Of a stretch of 28,610 bases of DNA, positions 1 to 9,751 are shown in pieces. This stretch comes from a virus (taxonomy: Duplodnaviria; Caudoviricetes). A model generated the notes under the pieces. That model was not told where the DNA came from. It saw nothing but the letters and a program-made list of their open reading frames with translations, and did no database searches. Every line of letters starts with the position of its first letter. Positions within the stretch are counted from its first letter, which is position 1. Position numbers and translations under genes: made by a program. The DNA lies in IMG/VR virus record IMGVR_UViG_3300025769_000611, positions 1 to 28,610 of that record. One strand, 5' to 3'.

Positions 1-2
1 GA

Positions 3-887
3 AGCGGTAGAATTGAATCATTTAACGGTAACTTAACCGTTGGTGCGGACGCTTCTAATACGGATAGTAGTAGCGTTATACAGTTTAAAGTAGATAATTC
101 TGAAAAAGCACGTATCACCAGCGATGGTAACGTAGGTGTTGGTACTACGAGTCCATCTCAAAAATTGCACGTAAATGGAACGTTTAAGTCTATTGGTATT
201 CAAGATAGTTCTACGTCTCAAGCTATTTTTATTAATGGTAATGCAGAAGTTGGTATTGGAACTACAAGTCCTACTACAAAATTGCACGTCAACGGTACGG
301 CAAGAGCAGTTAAGAGTAAGATTGACATTACTCCAACATCTGATACGATCGCCTTAGACATTAGAGGAACAGGTACACCAAATGACTACTTCACGGTATC
401 TAATGCTACGGGTGGTGCTAACGATGTATTCTTACCTATATTCTTCTATAAAGCGGCAACATACGGATACAACGGAGGAACAAATAGATACCCTAGTGGT
501 GTTTATGGTGGTGGCTTTGTAGCTGCTGTAGATGATACATCTTATCCTAGCGCCGCTGGTGCTGGTGCAGCAATGCACTTTAATGCTCGTACCTATGCCA
601 ACAACGGACCACTTACTAATAGATATTTATTTAGTTGGGGTTCATGGCTAACTACCCACATGGCTATGACAGCTGGTGGTAATCTATTGATTGGTAAGAC
701 AACTGACAGCGGAGAGGAACTTCAAGTGAATGGCGACGCAGATGTAAGCGGAGATATTAATGCAGATGGGGACTTCTACCATAATGGTACTCAAGGTTAT
801 ACTGGAAATGTAACCATACAACAACCCTCTCCAAATCCACCTATAACCTTAGAAATAAATGGTGGAATAATAACAAATGTAACATAA
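3..887 (+). CDS. Tail fibre / receptor-binding protein, C-terminal part (5'-truncated by window edge)
   Basis: The frame of ORF 165..887 is open back to position 3 (SGRIESFNGNLTVG...). Three repeats typical of Bacteroidota phage fibres: GNVGVGTTSPSQKLHVNG, AEVGIGTTSPTTKLHVNG, GNLLIGKTTDSGEELQVNG. Ends GYTGNVTI...LEINGGIITNV, a common fibre C-terminal motif. Confidence 0.8.
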   Translation, partial: SGRIESFNGNLTVGADASNTDSSSVIQFKVDNSEKARITSDGNVGVGTTSPSQKLHVNGTFKSIGIQDSSTSQAIFINGNAEVGIGTTSPTTKLHVNGTARAVKSKIDITPTSDTIALDIRGTGTPNDYFTVSNATGGANDVFLPIFFYKAATYGYNGGTNRYPSGVYGGGFVAAVDDTSYPSAAGAGAAMHFNARTYANNGPLTNRYLFSWGSWLTTHMAMTAGGNLLIGKTTDSGEELQVNGDADVSGDINADGDFYHNGTQGYTGNVTIQQPSPNPPITLEINGGIITNVT

Positions 888-913
888 AAACAAACTTATA
901 AAAAACAAACATC

Positions 914-1210
914 ATGATCGAAATTAACGAACTAACAATCCCAACTAAAGGAACTGCTAAGTACTTAAACGTAACAGCTAACGGCTTTAGTATTTCACCG
1001 ACCAACGGAATTACTATCTATTGGTCTTTACATTCTCAAGGTAGTAGAGAAAACGAAGAAGGAGAAACAGAATATTACCCATCTGGTAACTTACTAGAAG
1101 GTAATCTTCAATTCCCTCAAGAACAATACGACCTTTGGGGAACAGACGATACCCATGTAACTGATTGGGTTTTAACTGAGCTAGGACTTACCGAAGCAAC
1201 AGAAGAGTAA
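914..1210 (+). CDS. Small acidic protein, possible tail fibre assembly / fibre-associated protein
   Basis: ATG with A/C-rich leader directly after the fibre gene. C-terminal GNL..PQEQYDLWGTDDTHVTDWVLTELGL resembles small proteins that follow fibre genes in Bacteroidota phages. Function inferred from position. Confidence 0.55.
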   Translation: MIEINELTIPTKGTAKYLNVTANGFSISPTNGITIYWSLHSQGSRENEEGETEYYPSGNLLEGNLQFPQEQYDLWGTDDTHVTDWVLTELGLTEATEE

Positions 1211-1244
1211 AAAATAGTAAAATAGAGTAATACTATATATAAGT
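1206..1244 (+). promoter_or_regulatory. Candidate phage promoter/operator motif (AGTAA x3 then ATATAAGT)
   Basis: AGTAA at 1206, 1216 and 1226 (exact 10-bp spacing) followed by tactatatataagt, in a 60-nt intergenic gap. A similar motif lies at 28317-28343. Confidence 0.35.
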
Positions 1245-1270
1245 TAAAAACCAAACATTAAAATTTTATT

Positions 1271-1519
1271 ATGGAAAACAAAATCAAAGAAGAGCAACTT
1301 ACGAAGTTGCAAGGACTAGTAAACCAAATCAACCAATTACAAATGGAGTTGGGTCAAGTAGAATCTAGGAAGTACGACATTATCGGTTCGATTCCTATGG
1401 TACGTAAAGAACTTAATGAGTTCCAAAACGAACTAGAGGAAGAGTACGGTAAGGTTAGTATCAACATCCAAGATGGTACTATCAAAGAAGTAGAAGATGA
1501 AGCTAATCCGAAAGATTAG
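1271..1519 (+). CDS. Hypothetical coiled-coil phage protein (82 aa)
   Basis: ATG ORF with heptad-like L/Q/E-rich helix ending EEEYGKVSINIQDGTI. Overlaps the next ORF by 23 nt. Confidence 0.75.
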   Translation: MENKIKEEQLTKLQGLVNQINQLQMELGQVESRKYDIIGSIPMVRKELNEFQNELEEEYGKVSINIQDGTIKEVEDEANPKD

Positions 1520-1715
1520 TGTAGGGAGAGATTATAAGAACGATGCTATGCACTACTCCGTGGGCCAAGAGGTCTACGGAGGGCATACCATCTGTGATAT
1601 AGTCGAAGATGACACTAAGTATAGTATCTATATAAGGAAGAACGAAGAAGTTCTACCTTGGAAAGATTTCAACAAGAACATGGCAGTCTCTGTTGAGTAC
1701 AACCTAGAGTATTAA
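1497..1715 (+). CDS. Hypothetical phage protein (72 aa, small beta-rich)
   Basis: ATG ORF (LIRKISVGRDYKNDAMHYSVGQ...) coupled by TAATG to the next gene. Confidence 0.75.
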   Translation: MKLIRKISVGRDYKNDAMHYSVGQEVYGGHTICDIVEDDTKYSIYIRKNEEVLPWKDFNKNMAVSVEYNLEY

Positions 1716-2260
1716 TGAAAGGCACTTTTTATTTTTTAATAAAGCCTAAAAACGAAAGATACAACAACACTAAAAAAGTCGGTGACAAAGAGCTTATACT
1801 TAACACCGAAATATTTAACCATGATTATATAAGCAGACAAGGTGTAGTGGTTGGCTTACCAACTGAGTTTGACACACCTGTTAAAGAGGAAGATGAAGTA
1901 ATTGTGCATCACAATGTATTTAGAAGATGGCACGATGCTAGAGGCAAAGAAAGAAACAGTACTAGTTATATAGAAGAAGATTTATATAAGATAGCTATTG
2001 ATCAAGTATTTGCTTATAAAAAGGATAAACAATGGAAAGCCTTACCAGGTTATACATTTGTTAAACCCGCTGGAGAGTTCATAGGTGAAGTTGTATATTC
2101 TGACGTTTACGATAAAGGCGATATAGTTGGTTACAGACCAGCTGGAGAGTATGAGTTTAATATAGACGAAGAAAAACTATATAGACTTAAAACAGATTTT
2201 ATTACAATTAAATATGAACATCAAGGAGAAGAAAAGCAACATAATAGAAGCTGGGTATAA
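1715..2260 (+). CDS. GroES/Cpn10-like co-chaperonin with two tandem domains
   Basis: Domain 1: FLIKP...ELILNT...QGVVVGLP...VKEEDEVIVH. Domain 2: YTFVKP...GEVVY...KGDIVGY...EFNIDEEKLYRLKTDFI. Both follow the GroES strand pattern (VxP, GxVV, vkxGDxV, dgeeYxxxxxxDI). Confidence 0.65.
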   Translation: MKGTFYFLIKPKNERYNNTKKVGDKELILNTEIFNHDYISRQGVVVGLPTEFDTPVKEEDEVIVHHNVFRRWHDARGKERNSTSYIEEDLYKIAIDQVFAYKKDKQWKALPGYTFVKPAGEFIGEVVYSDVYDKGDIVGYRPAGEYEFNIDEEKLYRLKTDFITIKYEHQGEEKQHNRSWV

Positions 2261-2489
2261 GGCCGTTGAGGAACTTATTAAAGTAGCAGAAGAAAAGATT
2301 ATCACAAACACTGAAGAAGACGTGTCTGCTGATAGACTTAAAAATGCTGCAGCTACAAAGAAGCTTGCTATATTCGATGCCTTTGAAATATTAACTAGGA
2401 TTGAAGAAGAGAAAGCTTTGCTAGAAAACAAGACTGTAGAAAAAACAAAGCAAGCCTTTAGTGGTTTTGCTGAGCGTAAAAGTAAATAG
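2214..2489 (+). CDS. Putative terminase small subunit
   Basis: 91-aa helical ORF immediately upstream of TerL, ending in FSGFAERKSK. Call is mainly positional. Confidence 0.55.
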   Translation: MNIKEKKSNIIEAGYKAVEELIKVAEEKIITNTEEDVSADRLKNAAATKKLAIFDAFEILTRIEEEKALLENKTVEKTKQAFSGFAERKSK

Positions 2490-2491
2490 TC

Positions 2492-4699
2492 ATGTATGAG
2501 CAAAGCCTAGTAAAAGTCGTAGAACCAATACGTATTAATACGATCAAGAGACTTAACAAGTCTAAGAGTTGGGAATACGGCTACAATAAAGAACACGACA
2601 TAATTGTTATTAGCAAGACAGGGCAAATAGGTGAAATAATAGAAATACAAAACCTACAAATAGCTCTGCCAAAGCAACCAGCAGAGGTTAAACGCTGGGA
2701 TAATAACAAATGGAACGTAGAGCCATTGCCTAAAGACTTGAGTAACATCAAGTCTATATTTGATTGGAGAGATCTTCCTAATAACTTTAAAGAACAATGG
2801 ATAGATTACATTGAGGAAGAGTTTAAAAGAAGAGATGAAGGCTTTTGGTTTTACAATAACGGTGTACCAACGTATATAACTGGTAGCCATTATATGTACC
2901 TACAGTGGAGTAAGATCGACGTAGGTAAGCCAGATTATAGAGAAGCAAATAGATTATTCTTTATATTTTGGGAGGCTTGCAAAGCAGATAACAGATCTTA
3001 TGGTATGTGTTATTTGAAGAATCGACGTTCTGGTTTTTCATTTATGGCATCGAGTGAGACAGTTTCTTCTGCCACGATTAAGTCAGATTCTAGATATGGT
3101 ATATTATCAAAGTCTGGTGCTGACGCAAAGAAAATGTTTACAGATAAGGTTGTACCTATTTCTATAAACTATCCTTTCTTTTTCAAGCCTATACAAGATG
3201 GTATGGATAGACCTAAGACAGAGCTAGCATACCGAGTTCCAGCAAGCAAGCTAACTAGAAAGAGGATGTCGTCATCTGAAGGTCTAGAAGAAATGCAAGG
3301 GCTTGATACTACTATAGACTGGAAGAATACAGGAGATAACTCCTATGATGGTGAGAAGCTTGCGTTACTAATACACGATGAGGCAGGTAAGTGGGAGAAG
3401 CCTGAGAATATACTAAATAACTGGAGAGTAACAAAGACTACGCTCAGGTTAGGTAGTAGGGTTATAGGTAAGTGTATGATGGGTTCAACATCAAATGCGT
3501 TAGACAAAGGTGGATCAAACTTTAAAAAGTTATACAACGATTCTGACGTAACTAAAAGAAATAAGAACGGACAAACTAGCTCAGGTCTTTATTCTTTGTT
3601 TATCCCAATGGAGTGGAACTACGAAGGATTCATGGACGAGTATGGTGTCCCGGTATTTAATACTCCTAATAAACCGGTGATAGGTCCTGATGGGAGTGAA
3701 ATAGATTTAGGTGTTATAGAACACTGGCAAAACGAGGCTGAAGGCTTAAGAAGTGATCAAGACTCTTTAAACGAATTTTACAGACAGTTCCCAAGAACTG
3801 AAGAACATGCGTTTAGAGATGAAACAAAAAATAGTATATTTAACCTAACAAAGATATACGAGCAAATAGATTATAACGAGGAGACTGCAAGACCTATTAA
3901 AGGAAACTTTCAATGGGAGAACGGAGTTAAAGATTCAAGGGTTTTATTTGTTCCTGATTTAAACAATGGTAGGTTTAATATATCTTGGGTTCCAGGTACA
4001 CACTTGCAAAACAAGATGGTACTAAAAAACGGACTCAAGTTTCCTGGCAACGAACACATTGGAGCTTTCGGTTGTGATAGTTACGATATATCAGGGACAG
4101 TAGATGGTAGAGGTTCTAAAGGTGCACTGCACGGACTTACTAAGTTTAGTATGGAAGATGCACCACCTAATACTTTCTTTTTAGAATACATAGCACGACC
4201 ACAAACATCTGAGATATTTTTCGAAGATGTATTGATGGCTTTGGTTTTTTATGGCATGCCAATATTAGCAGAGAATAATAAGCCACGTTTATTGTATTAT
4301 TTAAAAAGAAGAGGTTATAGAGGATATTCAATGAACAGGCCTGATAAGACTTGGAATAAGTTATCACCTGCAGAAAAAGAAATAGGTGGTATACCTAACT
4401 CTAGTGAAGATATAAAGCAAGCACACGCATCAGCGATTGAAAGTTATATATCAAGCTATGTAGGTTTAAACGAGCAGGGTGACTACGGTAATATAGAATT
4501 TAATAGAACGCTAAACGATTGGGCTAAGTTCGATATAAATAAAAGAACACAGTACGACGCATCTATTAGTTCTGGACTTGCTATCATGGCTTGTAATAGA
4601 CATATGTATCAACCTAAAACAGAAAGACAAACAAACACATTGAACTTTGGCTTTTCAAAGTTTGATAACAAAGGAGCAATATCAAAGATAATTGAGTAA
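2492..4699 (+). CDS. terL: Terminase large subunit
   Basis: Walker A-like LKNRRSGFS, Walker B LLIHDEAGKW, coupling motif MGSTSN, QFPRTEEHAF, RNase H-like nuclease motifs FGCDSYD / LAENN / YDASISSGLA. Followed by a portal-sized gene. Confidence 0.95.
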   Translation: MYEQSLVKVVEPIRINTIKRLNKSKSWEYGYNKEHDIIVISKTGQIGEIIEIQNLQIALPKQPAEVKRWDNNKWNVEPLPKDLSNIKSIFDWRDLPNNFKEQWIDYIEEEFKRRDEGFWFYNNGVPTYITGSHYMYLQWSKIDVGKPDYREANRLFFIFWEACKADNRSYGMCYLKNRRSGFSFMASSETVSSATIKSDSRYGILSKSGADAKKMFTDKVVPISINYPFFFKPIQDGMDRPKTELAYRVPASKLTRKRMSSSEGLEEMQGLDTTIDWKNTGDNSYDGEKLALLIHDEAGKWEKPENILNNWRVTKTTLRLGSRVIGKCMMGSTSNALDKGGSNFKKLYNDSDVTKRNKNGQTSSGLYSLFIPMEWNYEGFMDEYGVPVFNTPNKPVIGPDGSEIDLGVIEHWQNEAEGLRSDQDSLNEFYRQFPRTEEHAFRDETKNSIFNLTKIYEQIDYNEETARPIKGNFQWENGVKDSRVLFVPDLNNGRFNISWVPGTHLQNKMVLKNGLKFPGNEHIGAFGCDSYDISGTVDGRGSKGALHGLTKFSMEDAPPNTFFLEYIARPQTSEIFFEDVLMALVFYGMPILAENNKPRLLYYLKRRGYRGYSMNRPDKTWNKLSPAEKEIGGIPNSSEDIKQAHASAIESYISSYVGLNEQGDYGNIEFNRTLNDWAKFDINKRTQYDASISSGLAIMACNRHMYQPKTERQTNTLNFGFSKFDNKGAISKIIE

Positions 4700-7116
4700 T
4701 GATTAAAACTAAAACTAAATCCGTTTTCCCTAGTCAGGCAGTGCCTGATGAGGAGAAGTCAAGCTTTGACTACGGCCTGCAAGTTGCTAAGGCAGTTGAG
4801 GCGGAATGGTTTGACAGAGACGGTGGTAGCTCTAGGTATTATGATACTAAGAATAGGTTTCATGAGCTTAGACTATATGCTAGAGGTGAACAGTCTGTTC
4901 AGAAGTACAAAGATGAATTATCTATTAACGGTGATTTGTCTTATCTTAATTTAGACTGGAAGCCTGTACCAATTATTCCTAAGTTTGTTGATATTGTTGT
5001 TAATGGTATATCTGAAAGACTATACAAAATAAAAGCTTTCTCACAAGACCCTGCATCTGTCAAAGAAAGAACAGATTACGTAGAGGCGGTGATGGAAGAT
5101 ATGCAGTTTAAAACATTTAAAGAAACTGTACAACAAGAGACTGGAGTTAATACATTTAATAATGATCCAGCAACTATACCACAAGATGATGACGAGTTAG
5201 CAATACACATGCAGCTAGATTATAAGCAAGGTATAGAGATAGCAGAAGAGGAAGCACTAGATAACTTATTTAATTTAAATAAATATAGTTTAACAAAGAA
5301 AAGATTAGATTACGATTTAACTGTACTTGGTATTGCTTGTGTTAAAAACGGTTTTAATACAGCTGAAGGAGTTACAATCGAGTATATCGATCCAGCAAAT
5401 ATAGTTTATTCATACAGTGAGTCACCGTTCTTCGATGACTTATACTACGTTGGTGAAGTTAGGAGAATTACTTTGACACAATTAAAGAAACAATTCCCTG
5501 ACCTAACCCAAGAGCAACTAGAAGATCTAGAAAGTAAATACCAAAGCTCTAATTACGATAGATACAACTATTATCCTGAGCATCGACAAGATAAAGATTA
5601 TATCAATGTATTGTACTTCGAGTATAAAACATTTAATAATCAAACATATAAGATTAAACAAACTGCATCTGGTGCTGACAAAGCAATAGAGAAGTCTGAT
5701 ACATTTAATCCACCTAAAGATCAAAGAGCTAGATTTCAAAGAGTTTCTAGATCTATTGAGGTTTTATACTCTGGAGTTAAAATATTAGGTCACGATATAT
5801 TATTAGATTGGAAGCTATGTGAAAACATGACGCGTCCTAAGTCTGATATAACAAAGGTTGCTATGAGTTATAACATCGTAGCACCAAGGATGTATAAAGG
5901 AGTTGCCGAGTCGTTAGTAAGTAGAATGATGACGTTTGCTGATATGGTTCAGTTGACGCATTTAAAGCTGCAGCAGGTTATGTCACGCATGGTACCAGAT
6001 GGTGTCTACTTAGACGCTGATGGTATTGCTGAGATTGACTTAGGTAACGGTACTAATTACAACCCTCAAGAAGCATTGAATATGTATTTCCAAACTGGTT
6101 CTGTTATTGGTAGATCAATGACACAGGATGGAGACTTCAACAATGGAAGAGTACCTATTCAAGAACTACAAACCAGCGGTGGTAACGCTAAAATATCTGC
6201 ACTTATTAATTCTTATAATTACTACTTGCAAATGATTAGGGATGTGACAGGTTTGAACGAAGCTAGAGATGGTAGTGCACCAAACGAAAACTCTTTGGTT
6301 GGGCTGCAGAAGTTAGCTGCAGCAAATTCAAACGTCGCTACTAAACATATACAAGATGGAGGTTTATACCTTACTCTTAAAACCGCAGAGGCGTGCTCTC
6401 TTAGAGTTTCTGATGTACTTGAATACTCTAATACTCAGAACCAATTTGTACAGTCTCTAGGAAGATTCAACGTTGGTACACTTCATGAGGTTAAGAACCT
6501 ACATTTACATGACTTTGGTATATTCTTAGAGATAGAGCCTGACGAAGAAGAGAAGACTAGATTAGAAAACAATATTCAAATGGCATTGCAGCAACAAGCT
6601 ATTAACTTAGAAGATGCTATAGATATTAGGAATATAAGAAACACTAAGCTAGCTAACCAATTACTAAAGGTTAGGAAATCTAAAAAGATGGCACTTGACC
6701 AAGCACTTAAAGAGCGTAATATACAGATGCAAGCTCAAGCAAATCAAGAATCATCTAGAGTTGCAGCAGAAGCTGAGATGCAGAAGCAACAATCGCTAGC
6801 GTCTACTGAGATACAAATACATCAAGCTAAGAATCAGTTTGAAATTGAGAAGATGGAAAGAGAAGCACAAATCAAGTTTGATCTTATGCAAAAAGAATTT
6901 GAACTAAACATGCAGCTTAAAGATGTAGAAAGTCAAGTGATAAAGGATAAAGAGAAGTATAAAGAAGATCGCAAAGACGAAAGGACTAGAATACAAGCCA
7001 GTCAACAATCTGAGATGATCGAGCAAAGAAAACAAAATGCACCTGCTAAGAAGTTTGAATCCGCTGGGTTTGACAACTTGGGAGGATTTGGCTTGGAGCA
7101 GTTTGAACCAAGATAA
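4699..7116 (+). CDS. Portal protein
   Basis: 805 aa directly after TerL (TAATG coupling). PIIPKFVDIVVNG, DLTVLGIA, IRDVTGLNEARDG and a long Q/E/K-rich coiled-coil C-terminus, as in P22-like/crAss-like portals. Confidence 0.9.
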   Translation: MIKTKTKSVFPSQAVPDEEKSSFDYGLQVAKAVEAEWFDRDGGSSRYYDTKNRFHELRLYARGEQSVQKYKDELSINGDLSYLNLDWKPVPIIPKFVDIVVNGISERLYKIKAFSQDPASVKERTDYVEAVMEDMQFKTFKETVQQETGVNTFNNDPATIPQDDDELAIHMQLDYKQGIEIAEEEALDNLFNLNKYSLTKKRLDYDLTVLGIACVKNGFNTAEGVTIEYIDPANIVYSYSESPFFDDLYYVGEVRRITLTQLKKQFPDLTQEQLEDLESKYQSSNYDRYNYYPEHRQDKDYINVLYFEYKTFNNQTYKIKQTASGADKAIEKSDTFNPPKDQRARFQRVSRSIEVLYSGVKILGHDILLDWKLCENMTRPKSDITKVAMSYNIVAPRMYKGVAESLVSRMMTFADMVQLTHLKLQQVMSRMVPDGVYLDADGIAEIDLGNGTNYNPQEALNMYFQTGSVIGRSMTQDGDFNNGRVPIQELQTSGGNAKISALINSYNYYLQMIRDVTGLNEARDGSAPNENSLVGLQKLAAANSNVATKHIQDGGLYLTLKTAEACSLRVSDVLEYSNTQNQFVQSLGRFNVGTLHEVKNLHLHDFGIFLEIEPDEEEKTRLENNIQMALQQQAINLEDAIDIRNIRNTKLANQLLKVRKSKKMALDQALKERNIQMQAQANQESSRVAAEAEMQKQQSLASTEIQIHQAKNQFEIEKMEREAQIKFDLMQKEFELNMQLKDVESQVIKDKEKYKEDRKDERTRIQASQQSEMIEQRKQNAPAKKFESAGFDNLGGFGLEQFEPR

Positions 7117-7150
7117 AAAAAACAAACAAACACTCATATAATATTATATC

Positions 7151-8287
7151 ATGGAAGAAATTAAAGATGAACAACCAGTTGTAGAGCAGGAGGTGACACC
7201 AACTGAAGAAGCACCGGTTGAAGAAAACAAAGTTAAAAGTGAAGTATTAGAAGATGGAACTTACAGAGTAGGTTTATCAGATACTAACGAAACGCCAACG
7301 GTAGAAGAGCCACAGGCACCTGAAGAACCAAAAGTAGAAGAGGATGTTCCTGTTTTACAAGAGGTTACTGATGAGCCTGAAGTTGAAGAACCTATCGCAC
7401 AAGAGCCAGCACAAGAGACAGTTCAAGAAGAAACTGTAGTTCAGGAGCAACCACAAGTTGACTTGCCTGAAGGGATTGAAAAGCTAGTTGAATTTATGAA
7501 AGAAACTGGTGGAACAATCGAAGACTATGCTAGGTTAAATGCTGATTACGGAAAACTAGACGATAAAGCACTTTTACTAGAATATTACAAGGCGACCAAG
7601 CCTCATCTAAGTTCAGATGAACTCAACTTCTTAATCGAAGATAGATTTGATTATGATGAAGAAATGGACGAAGAGAGGGATATAAAAAGAAAAAAGCTCG
7701 CGTACAAAGAAGAAGTAGCACAAGCTAAAAATCATCTCGAGAGTATGAAGTCGAAGTATTACCAAGATCTTAAGTTAGGATCGCGGTTGACTCCTGATCA
7801 ACAGAAAGCTATGGACTTTTTCAACAGGTACAACGAGGAACAAAAATCGGTGGAAGAACTAACCACCAAACAGCAGCAACACTTTCAAGCTGAAACAAAC
7901 AAAGTTTTCAACGATAAGTTCAAAGGTTTTGACTTTCAAGTCGGTGAAAAGAAATATCGCTTCAATGTGAAAGATGTGCAAGAAACAAAGCAAGCTCAAA
8001 GCAACGTTATGAATGTGTTCGATAAGTTTATCGGCCAAGACAATTTGTTAAGCGATGCTAAAGGTTATCATAAGTCTTTGTTTGCTGCGCGTAATGCTGA
8101 TGCACTCGCTAATCACTTTTACGAACAAGGTAAAGCTGATGCAGTTAGAGATATGACTGCTCAAGCTAAAAACATCAAAGTCGATCGTACTACATCTGAT
8201 GGTATGGTAGATGCTGGTGGTACTAAAGTAAGAGTTATTAGTGGTGAAAATAGTTCAACAACAAAATTGAAACTAAAAAATTACTAA
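7151..8287 (+). CDS. Putative capsid scaffolding protein
   Basis: Lies between portal and MCP. Very acidic E/P/V-rich low-complexity N-terminus, helical middle, HFYEQGKADA near the C-terminus. Confidence 0.7.
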   Translation: MEEIKDEQPVVEQEVTPTEEAPVEENKVKSEVLEDGTYRVGLSDTNETPTVEEPQAPEEPKVEEDVPVLQEVTDEPEVEEPIAQEPAQETVQEETVVQEQPQVDLPEGIEKLVEFMKETGGTIEDYARLNADYGKLDDKALLLEYYKATKPHLSSDELNFLIEDRFDYDEEMDEERDIKRKKLAYKEEVAQAKNHLESMKSKYYQDLKLGSRLTPDQQKAMDFFNRYNEEQKSVEELTTKQQQHFQAETNKVFNDKFKGFDFQVGEKKYRFNVKDVQETKQAQSNVMNVFDKFIGQDNLLSDAKGYHKSLFAARNADALANHFYEQGKADAVRDMTAQAKNIKVDRTTSDGMVDAGGTKVRVISGENSSTTKLKLKNY

Positions 8288-8306
8288 AAACTAAAAACAA
8301 AACAAA

Positions 8307-9743
8307 ATGGCAAATGTAAGTTTTACTGGACCCGCTGCCGCAGGCATCGTGACTCCAGCCTACAAAAAAATGACCCTTGATTCCAACTACTTGGATATCC
8401 AAAATAATGGATGGGCACAACAATACCTTCCTGAGCTTTATGAGCAGGAAGTTGACAGATATGGTAACCGTACTATTTCTGGTTTCTTAGCAATGCTTAG
8501 CGCAGAAATGCCTTTGCAGTCTGATCAAGTTATTTGGTCTGAGCAAGGTCGTTTGCACTTAGCTTATACTGGTACCTTAGCTACTGCAACTGGTGTTATT
8601 ACTTCTATTTTGAATATTGACACTGGTGCTTCTGAAGCGCACGCAGTACGTAAAGGAGCTACAGTAGTAGCAACTGTTGGAACTGGTGCTAGCCAAGTAG
8701 TATTCAAAGCAATTGTTACTGCTGGTATCGAAACGGCTACTAACACTTTAACTATCCGCCCATACGGAGCTGAGCACGTTGATGACTTAGCTGGTATCGC
8801 TGCTGGTAGTGAAACTGTTAAGTTCTTTGTATATGGTTCTGAGTTTGAAAAAGGTTCTGACACGATGACTGAGTCTGTTGAGCCTAACTTCAAAACTTTC
8901 ACTAACCGTCCAATGATTATCAAAGATCATTTCGAAATCAACGGTTCTGACACTGCTCAAATTGGTTGGATCGAAGTTGCTGGCGAGTCTGGACAAGGTG
9001 GTTATCTTTGGTACTTGAAAGCTGCTGGTGATACTCGTACTCGTTTTAACGATTACTTAGAGATGTCAATGGTTGAAGCTGAAAAAGCAGAAACTGGTTC
9101 TGGTGCTTTAGTAGCTGGAAACGTTGAGGGTACTGAAGGTTTATTCTCCGCTATTGAGAATCGCGGTATCGTAGACGATGCTGACATGTTTGATGGTACT
9201 GATGACTTAGGTGACTTTGATGTTTTATTAGCTGAACTTGATAAGCAAGGCTCTATCGAAGAAAACATGCTTTACTTAGATCGTAACGCTAACTTAAAGT
9301 TTGACGATATGCTTGCTGGTCTTTCTGCTGGTACTCAAGGTGGTACTGCTTATGGAGTATTTGAAAACTCTGAAGACATGGCATTGAATCTTGGTTTCAC
9401 TGGATTCCGTCGTGGATCTTATGACTTCTACAAGACTGACTGGAAATACTTAAACGATGCTTCTACTCGTGGACACGTTGGTGGTATTTCAGGTATTTTG
9501 ATTCCTGCTGGTACTTCTTCAGTTTACGATCAAATGGTTGGTGCTAACGTTCGTCGTCCATTCTTGCACGTACGTTACCGCGCTGGTCAAACTGACGATC
9601 GCAAGCTTAAGTCTTGGGTAACTGGTTCAGTTGGTGGTGCTGTCACTTCTAATGTTGACAACATGGAAATCAACTATCTTTCTGAGCGCTGCTTGGTAGT
9701 TCAAGCTGCTAACAACTTCGTGTTGTTCAAGAAAGAATCCTAA
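8307..9743 (+). CDS. Major capsid protein (HK97 fold, crAss-like)
   Basis: 478 aa after the scaffold. Marked high-expression codon bias (GCT, GGT, CGT, TTC). Motifs QQYLPELYEQEVDRYG, GTEGLFSAIENRG, LNLGFTGFRRGSYDFYK, YLSERCL. Followed by a strong terminator. Confidence 0.9.
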   Translation: MANVSFTGPAAAGIVTPAYKKMTLDSNYLDIQNNGWAQQYLPELYEQEVDRYGNRTISGFLAMLSAEMPLQSDQVIWSEQGRLHLAYTGTLATATGVITSILNIDTGASEAHAVRKGATVVATVGTGASQVVFKAIVTAGIETATNTLTIRPYGAEHVDDLAGIAAGSETVKFFVYGSEFEKGSDTMTESVEPNFKTFTNRPMIIKDHFEINGSDTAQIGWIEVAGESGQGGYLWYLKAAGDTRTRFNDYLEMSMVEAEKAETGSGALVAGNVEGTEGLFSAIENRGIVDDADMFDGTDDLGDFDVLLAELDKQGSIEENMLYLDRNANLKFDDMLAGLSAGTQGGTAYGVFENSEDMALNLGFTGFRRGSYDFYKTDWKYLNDASTRGHVGGISGILIPAGTSSVYDQMVGANVRRPFLHVRYRAGQTDDRKLKSWVTGSVGGAVTSNVDNMEINYLSERCLVVQAANNFVLFKKES

Positions 9744-9751
9744 ACAACAAT

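Noticed and set aside
165-167. TTG start of the first ORF as listed in the track
   Set aside because: The frame is open to the window edge and an upstream fibre repeat is in frame, so the real start lies outside the window.
2492-4699. Intein or intron in TerL (or in portal/MCP)
   Set aside because: The ORFs are uninterrupted and of ordinary size. No intein splice-junction or homing endonuclease motifs were seen.
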